Origin: Archangiaceae bacterium
GTDB taxonomy: Bacteria > Myxococcota > Myxococcia > Myxococcales > Myxococcaceae
Assembly (NCBI GenBank): GCA_043750125.1
Contig: JAYVCD010000447.1
Location: 1-11,406 of the forward strand
Reading direction: 5' to 3'
DNA length: 11,406 bases
Shown piece by piece: positions 1 to 7,437 of the stretch (positions are counted from its first letter, which is position 1; each line of letters opens with the position of its first letter). Made by a program: the position numbers and the translations under genes. The notes under the pieces were generated by a model. The model saw nothing but the letters and a program-made list of their open reading frames with translations, had not been told where the DNA came from and made no database searches.

Positions 1-2
1 TG

Positions 3-1252
<1,250 letters not shown>

Positions 1253-1268
1253 GAGGCCGCGAAGCGAA

Positions 1269-1355
1269 GGAGCAGTGGCCGAGCGGCTGAAGGCGGCGGT
1301 CTTGAAAACCGTTAAGGGTGAAAGCCCTTCGAAGGTTCGAATCCTTCCTGCTCCG
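1269..1355 (+). tRNA. tRNA-Ser(TGA)
   Basis: Acceptor GGAGCAG/CTGCTCC, anticodon loop CT-TGA-AA (1303-1305), long variable arm, T-loop GGTTCGAATCC. CCA not encoded. Confidence 0.97.
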
Positions 1356-1393
1356 AGATTGGTGTAGAAATTTGGCTCTTTGAAATGAAATCT

Positions 1394-1483
1394 GGAGAGT
1401 TGGCCGAGCGGCTGAAGGCGCAGGTTTGCTAAACCTGTATACTGGCAACGGTATCGAGGGTTCGAATCCCTCACTCTCCACCA
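1394..1483 (+). tRNA. tRNA-Ser(GCT)
   Basis: Acceptor GGAGAGT/ACTCTCC, anticodon loop TT-GCT-AA (1428-1430), long variable arm, discriminator A1480, encoded CCA at 1481-1483. Confidence 0.97.
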
Positions 1484-1491
1484 AGTTTTGG

Positions 1492-1565
1492 GCTCGCTTA
1501 GCTCAGCTGGATAGAGCATTGGACTACGAATCCAAAGGCCAGTGGTTCGAATCCACTAGCGAGCA
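1492..1565 (+). tRNA. tRNA-Arg(ACG)
   Basis: Acceptor GCTCGCT/AGCGAGC, D-arm GCTCAGCTGGATAGAGC, anticodon arm TTGGA-CTACGAA-TCCAA (ACG at 1526-1528). Confidence 0.97.
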
Positions 1566-1575
1566 CAGAAACGTC

Positions 1576-2040
1576 GTGGATGAACGGTTCATGACCCAGG
1601 CGCTGCAGCTGGCGCGAGAAGCAGAACAGTTGGGGGAAGTTCCGGTGGGCGCGGTGGTGGTGGTGGGCGGGGAAGTGGTGGGGCGCGGGTACAACCGGCG
1701 CGAGGTGGATGCAGATCCACTGTCTCATGCAGAATTGAAGGCGATCGCCGAAGCAAGCCAGAAGCTGAAGTCGTGGCGGTTGAGTGAAGCGACGCTGTAC
1801 GTGACGTTGGAGCCCTGCACGATGTGCGCAGGGGCGCTGATTCAGGCGCGGCTGGGAAGGTTGGTGTTCGGAGCGATGGATCCCAAAGCAGGGGCGGTAG
1901 GCAGTCTGTATGACCTGCTGGCAGACAAGCGGCTAAACCACGAAGTCGAAGTGACCCGCGGAGTGATGGAAGTGGAATGCGGAAAGATTTTGAAGGACTT
2001 CTTCGTCGCGCTGCGCGGGCGGAAGAAGACAAAAGAATAG
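1576..2040 (+). CDS. tadA: tRNA-specific adenosine-34 deaminase
   Basis: Motifs GEVPVGAVVV, HAE, LYVTLEPCTMCAGA, FGAMDPKAGAVGS and NHEVEV. Start is GTG 1576 or ATG 1591. The ORF-track start at 1426 runs through tRNA genes. Confidence 0.96.
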   Translation: MDERFMTQALQLAREAEQLGEVPVGAVVVVGGEVVGRGYNRREVDADPLSHAELKAIAEASQKLKSWRLSEATLYVTLEPCTMCAGALIQARLGRLVFGAMDPKAGAVGSLYDLLADKRLNHEVEVTRGVMEVECGKILKDFFVALRGRKKTKE

Positions 2041-2045
2041 GTGTT

Positions 2046-2132
2046 GGAGAGCTGGCCGAGTGGTCGAAGGCACCTGACTCGAAATCAGGCGTACCGGTAA
2101 CGGTACCGTAGGTTCGAATCCTACGCTCTCCG
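2046..2132 (+). tRNA. tRNA-Ser(CGA)
   Basis: Acceptor GGAGAGC/GCTCTCC, anticodon arm CCTGA-CTCGAAA-TCAGG (CGA at 2080-2082), variable arm GTACCG-GTAA-CGGTAC. Confidence 0.97.
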
Positions 2133-2151
2133 CTTCACGGAAGAGGGCCAG

Positions 2152-2238
2152 GGAGAGGTGGCCGAGTGGCTGAAGGCGCACGCCTGGAAAGCGTGTGAAC
2201 TGGAAACGGTTTCGTGGGTTCGAATCCCACCCTCTCCG
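2152..2238 (+). tRNA. tRNA-Ser(GGA)
   Basis: Acceptor GGAGAGG/CCTCTCC, anticodon arm CACGC-CTGGAAA-GCGTG (GGA at 2186-2188), long variable arm. Confidence 0.97.
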
Positions 2239-2244
2239 CTGTAA

Positions 2245-2340
2245 AGGTTTGTGGTCGGGACAACGTGGGGCCGTGAACCCCGCCAGGTCCGGAAGGAAGC
2301 AACGGTAGCGTTACTTCGCGTGTGTCCCGGCCGTCTTTTT
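2245..2340 (+). ncRNA. ffs: Signal recognition particle RNA, small bacterial type (4.5S)
   Basis: Conserved helix-8 motif CCAGGTCCGGAAGGAAGCAACGG, enclosed by stem GGTCGGGACA...TGTCCCGGCC. Ends are approximate. Confidence 0.93.
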
Positions 2341-2343
2341 ATT

Positions 2344-2387
2344 CGAGCGCGTCGCATCGGTTCCACGGTGCGACGCGCTTGGTTTTT
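2344..2387 (+). terminator. Probable intrinsic terminator of the tRNA/ffs transcript
   Basis: 16-bp stem CGAGCGCGTCGCATCG / CGGTGCGACGCGCTTG (two G-U pairs) with a 6-nt loop, followed by GTTTTT. Confidence 0.65.
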
Positions 2388-2396
2388 CGGAGGCAG

Positions 2397-3050
2397 ATGG
2401 AAAGCAGTGAGGTGGTAGAAGGCAGCGTGGCCGCAGCTGCTCCTACAGATTTTGCCCTTGATCTCGCTACGCGCATTGGCGCGCGGTTGAGCGAGGGCGG
2501 ATTTCGTAAACGCGAGCCGGGGATCTTCACCAAGGAGATCGCGCCGGACGTGCTGGGATGGGTGGGAATCACCCTGACGGGAAAGAAGCCCGATGGGTTG
2601 ACGTACGTCAATCCGATCGTCGGCATCCGCCACCAGCTGATCGAAGCCAAGTGGGCCAAGCTGATCGGCGAAAAGCCGCACCCCTACCTGCTGCCGACGC
2701 TCAGCACCAATGCCGGCTTCCTCGGGCCCCGTCGCGAATACAAAGAGTGGGGCTTCGAAGAGGGCAAGGACAACACGTCGATCATCGCCCGGCTCGCGCG
2801 CTTCGTGCTCAGCACCGGGCTGCAGTTCATGAAAGAGACATCTGCGCTGGGGAAAATCCTCGAGCGGACCGACATGATGGTTCCCGATTCCGAGCTGTTC
2901 CGGGTGCCGATCATTCACTGGTTGGGCGGCGACGAAGAGCAGGTGCGGGTCACGCTGCGCGCCGAGATCGCCAAGACGCGAAAGCGCAAAGACAAAGTCA
3001 TCGAGGACTACCGGCTGTTCGCGAAGAAGCTGATGGGCGAGCTCGAATAG
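2397..3050 (+). CDS. Hypothetical protein (217 aa), possibly DUF4304-like or immunity-like
   Basis: GGAGG at 2389-2393 just before ATG 2397, GC-rich third codon positions and a globular composition. The family assignment is only a resemblance. Confidence 0.8.
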   Translation: MESSEVVEGSVAAAAPTDFALDLATRIGARLSEGGFRKREPGIFTKEIAPDVLGWVGITLTGKKPDGLTYVNPIVGIRHQLIEAKWAKLIGEKPHPYLLPTLSTNAGFLGPRREYKEWGFEEGKDNTSIIARLARFVLSTGLQFMKETSALGKILERTDMMVPDSELFRVPIIHWLGGDEEQVRVTLRAEIAKTRKRKDKVIEDYRLFAKKLMGELE

Positions 3051-3061
3051 GGGCTCGAGGC

Positions 3062-4423
3062 TCACCGCGCGAGCAACTTCGCCCGACCGTCGGTCTGAAG
3101 CAGCGTGAACCCGGCTTGCTGCAGTTGAAGCAGCGCCCGGTCGTCCCAGATCACGGCCCGATTGAACGTGGGAGTGGCCATCGCCTGAACGAACCGCTCG
3201 TCTTCAGCAAAGTCGCAGGGAAACCAGGGAATGTTCTTGCCCAGGTAGAAGAACCCGGGCGCCCCCCAGACGCCTTCATTCACGATCACCAGCCCGGTCG
3301 CCTCGCGCGCGGCGCGAACCACGAGCCGGAATTGCTCGGGGCGCTCGGGTCGAAAGGGTGAGGGGAAGAAGAGAATCGCCAGCCCGGCGACCAGCGAAGT
3401 GGCGAACAGCAGGGTTGCCTTTTTTGGTCCGACGCGGCTCAACCCGGCAAGCCAGGGCGGCGCCGCGGCCACCAACAACAGCACCAGGCCGGGGTAGAGA
3501 AACCGCGCCTCTTTGTGAGGGGTCAGGGAAAGGGCCGCGACGTAAGCGAGCCCACAGAAGGCGAACAGCGAGGCTCCGTCGGCGCGCCGGGTGAGACCCA
3601 GCACCAGTCCTGGCCAGGCCCACAGCGCCAGCCACCCGAGCAGCGGCAGGTAGAACCAGGTGGGCTCGGAGCCGAACTGCGCTGCCCCCTGCCCCGAGGT
3701 GAGGTTGAACTCGATGTACTTGCGCAGCGAATGAAACGGCGCGCCCCAGCTCACCCAGTCGAGTCCTCCGAGGGCCAGCGCGACGAGGACACCGCCGAGG
3801 ATGGTGAAGAGCAGCGGCTTCCAGGCGCGCGTGGCGACCAACCAGGCCAGCGCCCCGAGCACCACGACCGCCGAGCCGTAGCGGGTGACCACCGCCAAAC
3901 CGAGCAGCGCTCCACCCCAGGCCGCCACGTGCCACGGCCGGGTTGCCGAGGCATCGAGGCGCTCGAGCGCTACGACCAGCAGCGCCGCGCTGAAAGACTC
4001 GCCCATGGTGCGACCGGCGAAGTGAATGACCGGACCGTAGAGGCCGACGAGGACCATCGAGGCCAGCGCGAGGGGCGATGAGACTCTGCGCGCGGTCAGA
4101 CGGTAGACGGCGAGCAGCATCGCGAGGTGGAGCGCGAATTGGGGGACCTCGAGCCAGGCCCGTCGCGCGAGAGGATCGTTGATTCCCAGGGTGGCGCCGA
4201 CCTTCAACAGCCAGGCGAACAAGCCCGGCACCGCCCAGTTGCGCAGCCCGACCTGCCATTCCCAGGCGAGAATTCCGTAACCGAAGGCGCGATAGTTGGC
4301 GGGCTCGAGCGTCTGAAATACTTCGTCCGGATGCAGCCGGCCCAGCTGGGCCACGGCGACCCCCGCGGCGACGGAGGCGATGGCTGCAGCGACGAGACGA
4401 ATGCGGGTGGGGGTGGGCTGCAC
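3062..4423 (-). CDS. Polytopic membrane GT-C glycosyltransferase, Alg9/PIG-B (Glyco_transf_22)-like mannosyltransferase
   Basis: N-terminal HPDEVFQTLEPA...FGYGILAWEW...GLRNW, late motif HKEARFLYP and many hydrophobic helices. Likely GTG start at 4423, 2 nt after the stop of the upstream gene. Confidence 0.85.
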   Translation of the reverse strand: MQPTPTRIRLVAAAIASVAAGVAVAQLGRLHPDEVFQTLEPANYRAFGYGILAWEWQVGLRNWAVPGLFAWLLKVGATLGINDPLARRAWLEVPQFALHLAMLLAVYRLTARRVSSPLALASMVLVGLYGPVIHFAGRTMGESFSAALLVVALERLDASATRPWHVAAWGGALLGLAVVTRYGSAVVVLGALAWLVATRAWKPLLFTILGGVLVALALGGLDWVSWGAPFHSLRKYIEFNLTSGQGAAQFGSEPTWFYLPLLGWLALWAWPGLVLGLTRRADGASLFAFCGLAYVAALSLTPHKEARFLYPGLVLLLVAAAPPWLAGLSRVGPKKATLLFATSLVAGLAILFFPSPFRPERPEQFRLVVRAAREATGLVIVNEGVWGAPGFFYLGKNIPWFPCDFAEDERFVQAMATPTFNRAVIWDDRALLQLQQAGFTLLQTDGRAKLLAR

Positions 4424-4425
4424 GC

Positions 4426-5922
4426 TTAGAGCGCAACGCCGTAGAGCCCCGAGTACTTCTCTTTGAGGTAGGCGATGAAATCTAAGTCGGTGAGCCCGTT
4501 TTGGGTGACCTCGCGAATGCGATCTTCGGCCTCGAGCCGGTACCCCTGGCGGTGAATGTTCGAGCCCAGCCAGTCGCGCAGCGGACGCAACTGGCCCTGG
4601 GCGATCGACGCTTCGAGCCCGGGCACCTGCTTCTTCGCGCAGGCGTAGAGCGAGGCGGAATACAGGTTTCCCAGCGCGTAGGTGGCGAAGTAGCCGAAGT
4701 CTCCCCAGGCCCAGTGGATGTCCTGCAGAACCCCGAGGACCGGGTGGGGAGGCGTCAGCCCGAGCAGGGCCTTCGTCTTCTCGTTCCACGCGGCCTCGAG
4801 ATCTTTGACCTGCAGCTGCCCGCGCAGCAGCGACACCTCGAGCTCGTACCGCAGCACGATGTGAAGGTTGTAGGTGACCTCGTCGGCCTCGACGCGCACG
4901 TAGGTCTTCTCGACCCGATTGACCGCGGCGAGAAAAGCGTCGAGCGAAACGTCGCCCAGCTGTGAGGGAAAATGCCGCTGCAACCGCGGGTAGAAGTGGG
5001 ACCAGAAGGGGCGGCTGCGACCGACGACGTTTTCCCAGAGCCGAGACTGAGATTCGTGAATCCCCATCGACGGGGCGCTGGCCAGCGGAGTGCGAAAGTG
5101 ATCCGGAAGGAAGCCCTGCTCGTACAGCCCGTGCCCTCCTTCGTGAATGGTCCCGAACAGCGCCGGCAGCGGGGATTCTTCGTTGAGGCGGGTGGTCAGG
5201 CGGACGTCGGTGGCGTGGGTGCCTCCGGTGAAGGGGTGAATGCTCTTGTCCTGCCGGCCCGCCTCGAGGTCGAAGCCCATCGCCTCGAGCAGCTCGACCG
5301 TGAAGCGCCACTGGGCGTCGAGCTCGAAGCGCTTGCCGGCGAAGACGTCTTTGGGCGCAGGGGCCGCGCAGAGCGTTTCGACAATCGGCATCAGCTTGGT
5401 CTTCAGCTGGGTCAGCACCGGGGTCAGCCGCTGGACCCGCATTCCCGGCTCGTAGCCTTCGAGCAGCGCGTCGTAGCGCTCTTCACCCACCCCGTACCCG
5501 TAGGCGTCGGCCTGCTCGCGGCGAAGCGTCAACAAGCTCTCGAGCGCGGGCCGGAAGATCTGGAAGTCCTTCGCGTCGCGCGCCTTGCGCCAGCTCGAGA
5601 GCGCTTTGGATTGAGCGTCGGCCAGGGCCTTGACCATGGGCGCAGGAACCTTCACCGCCCGGTCGCGTTCCTGCCCCAGCACCCGAACCATCGCCTGCTC
5701 GTCGCCGGCCCGGGCGGTCACTGTGGCGAGCAAGTCTCCCAGCCGGGGGTCGACCAGGCGCTCGTGGTACAGGCCTTGAAGCGTCGCCAGCTGCGAGGCG
5801 CGTGCGTCGTGCGCCTTCAGCGGCAGGTACGTTTCCTGGTCCCAGGTGGCCAGGCCGATGACTCCGCCCAGATCTTTGAGTTCCTGCATTCGCGACAGCA
5901 ACGTCGAGAAGGTGGCGTCCAT
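4426..5922 (-). CDS. Carboxypeptidase, M32 family (Taq-type)
   Basis: Motifs WDQETYLP, HPF, DVRLTTR, HEGGHGLYEQG (HEXXH), HESQSRLWEN, RVEADEVTYNLH, GVLQDIHW and GYFATYALGN. Length 498 aa. Confidence 0.97.
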   Translation of the reverse strand: MDATFSTLLSRMQELKDLGGVIGLATWDQETYLPLKAHDARASQLATLQGLYHERLVDPRLGDLLATVTARAGDEQAMVRVLGQERDRAVKVPAPMVKALADAQSKALSSWRKARDAKDFQIFRPALESLLTLRREQADAYGYGVGEERYDALLEGYEPGMRVQRLTPVLTQLKTKLMPIVETLCAAPAPKDVFAGKRFELDAQWRFTVELLEAMGFDLEAGRQDKSIHPFTGGTHATDVRLTTRLNEESPLPALFGTIHEGGHGLYEQGFLPDHFRTPLASAPSMGIHESQSRLWENVVGRSRPFWSHFYPRLQRHFPSQLGDVSLDAFLAAVNRVEKTYVRVEADEVTYNLHIVLRYELEVSLLRGQLQVKDLEAAWNEKTKALLGLTPPHPVLGVLQDIHWAWGDFGYFATYALGNLYSASLYACAKKQVPGLEASIAQGQLRPLRDWLGSNIHRQGYRLEAEDRIREVTQNGLTDLDFIAYLKEKYSGLYGVAL

Positions 5923-5949
5923 GGGTGCTCTGTAGCAGAGAGCCTACAC

Positions 5950-6495
5950 ATGGCGAACCAGCTCAGATTCTTCATGACGTCCGAGGACGAGATCGCGTTT
6001 CTGCGGTACCTCGAGCGTCACGTCTTCAAGGTGTATCCGCGCAGGGTCCCTCCGGACTGGGTTGAGTTCCGCGCCAACGCGACGCTCTACGACCAGCTGC
6101 CCGAGGAAGATTTGTACCTGGCCGCAACGGACATCGGGCCGGTGTCGGTCGACAAGATGAAGCGCGGGCCCGACAAGGGACACTGGAAGGTGCTCGAGCT
6201 GAGCTCCCCGGTCATCTACTGGGACCGCAGCCGGCTCAATGACAACAACGAGCTGCAATCGGGTCAGCTGTGGGCGGAGCTCGATGTGACTCAACAGAAC
6301 GGCCGGCGCAACCCGGCGCCTGACAAGTTCCGAACGCTCTACAACGAGATCGACACGTGGATGCGGCGCACCTATCGCCGGGGAGACCCGAAGGCATTCT
6401 GGATTGGGGCGAACGCCGCGCGGGCGATCAAAGAGTCGGGGCTGGTGTTGCGTGACAATGAGCACAAGGGCAGTACCGTCGAGCTCTGGCATTAA
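5950..6495 (+). CDS. Hypothetical protein (181 aa)
   Basis: ATG 5950 (MANQLRFFM...), strongly GC-biased third positions, and it fills the gap between neighbouring genes. The upstream part of ORF 4972..6495 is antisense to the M32 gene. Confidence 0.85.
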   Translation: MANQLRFFMTSEDEIAFLRYLERHVFKVYPRRVPPDWVEFRANATLYDQLPEEDLYLAATDIGPVSVDKMKRGPDKGHWKVLELSSPVIYWDRSRLNDNNELQSGQLWAELDVTQQNGRRNPAPDKFRTLYNEIDTWMRRTYRRGDPKAFWIGANAARAIKESGLVLRDNEHKGSTVELWH

Positions 6496-6512
6496 TCGGC
6501 AAAGGGGAAATC

Positions 6513-7424
6513 ATGTCCTGGCTCGACACGCTCGACGACATCCGCACCAAAGACTTCAGCAAGGCCTCTGCGCGTCGCCGCGACAAGGCAGCGCGCGATG
6601 TGATCAACCTGTGCAGCTACGCGTGCGCGGTGGTGGCGGTCTCTCCGATTCCCTTTTCGGACGCGGTGCTGATGCTGCCGGTGCAGTCGGCGATGGTGAT
6701 CACGATCGGCCACATCCACGGCCGGGCAGTGACCAAGGCCGATGCGAAGCGGTTGATCCTCGAGCTCGGAGCCACCGCGGGAATGGGAATGTTGGCGCGC
6801 CAGGGAATCAAGGCGCTGCTGCCGGTGGTCGGTGCGTTGCTCACGATTCCCGCGGCCTACGCGGCGAACTGGGGCATCGGCCGGGTGGCGATGGAATACT
6901 TCAAGAATCCTGAAGCCGTCAGCTCGGCGAGCCTGGAAGAGATCTTCAAGACCGCGAAGAAGGAAGGCAGCCAGCTGTTCTCCAAAGAGAGCTTCGAGAA
7001 GTTTCGGACGCGCAGCGCACCGCAGAAGTCAGAGCCGGCGGCGCCGAGCAAGAAAGGCAAAGCCAAGAAGGTCGTCGCAGAGAAGAAGGGCCCTCGCAGC
7101 AAGATTGCCAGGCTGGTCGAGGACGACCTCGCGGCGAAGCTGAAGAAGAACCCGGCAGTGGTGAAGGCAATCGGAGCGCGGATCCACCTCGACATCACCG
7201 GCGAAGGCGGCGGGCAGTGGACCATCGACTGCACCCGGAAAGCCGACTGGGTTCAGCCGGGGCTCCGGGCCGATTCGAAGCTCAAGGTGACGACCTCGAC
7301 CGAGAGTTTTTTCGGGCTGGTCAACGGAACGACCGACGCCCAGCTGGCGGTGTTGTCGGGGAAGCTGGTGCTCGAGCCGATGGACCTCGAAGTCGCGCAG
7401 GAACTGGGCCGGCTGTTCGCCTGA
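6513..7424 (+). CDS. DUF697/YcjF-like membrane-associated domain fused to a C-terminal SCP2 (sterol carrier protein 2-like) domain
   Basis: RBS-like AAGGGG before the ATG. N-terminal SPIPFSDAVLMLPVQSAM...IG and Gly-rich helices, then a Lys-rich linker. C-terminal IHLDITGEGGGQWTID...FFGLVNGTTDAQLAVLSGKLVLE is typical of SCP2. Confidence 0.8.
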   Translation: MSWLDTLDDIRTKDFSKASARRRDKAARDVINLCSYACAVVAVSPIPFSDAVLMLPVQSAMVITIGHIHGRAVTKADAKRLILELGATAGMGMLARQGIKALLPVVGALLTIPAAYAANWGIGRVAMEYFKNPEAVSSASLEEIFKTAKKEGSQLFSKESFEKFRTRSAPQKSEPAAPSKKGKAKKVVAEKKGPRSKIARLVEDDLAAKLKKNPAVVKAIGARIHLDITGEGGGQWTIDCTRKADWVQPGLRADSKLKVTTSTESFFGLVNGTTDAQLAVLSGKLVLEPMDLEVAQELGRLFA

Positions 7425-7437
7425 AGGCGGCCCTGGG

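Noticed and set aside
1269..2238. Recurring GGCCGAG(C/T)GG...AAGGC and GGTTCGAATCC repeats that might look like a CRISPR or repeat array
   Set aside because: They are the D- and T-arms of tRNA genes, and no cas genes are present.
1269..2238. Possible non-canonical tRNAs (tRNA-Sec or 8/4 and 9/3 allo-tRNAs)
   Set aside because: All fold with 7-bp acceptor and 5-bp T stems. The TGA anticodon reads UCA (Ser), not the UGA stop.
2220..3070. Integrated element at tRNA-Ser or ffs
   Set aside because: No integrase is present, and I saw no duplicated tRNA or ffs 3' end downstream.
4424..5311. 749-aa ORF 3062..5311 suggesting a long N-terminal extension or an M32-GT fusion
   Set aside because: The extension is an Arg/Pro-rich alternate frame inside the intact M32 gene, which has its own TAA at 4426-4428. 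I saw no slippery site.
4426..5922. M32 peptidase as a GPI-transamidase analogue
   Set aside because: It has no signal peptide or TM segment. GPI transamidase uses C13 (PIG-K) and M28-like (GPAA1) subunits, not M32.
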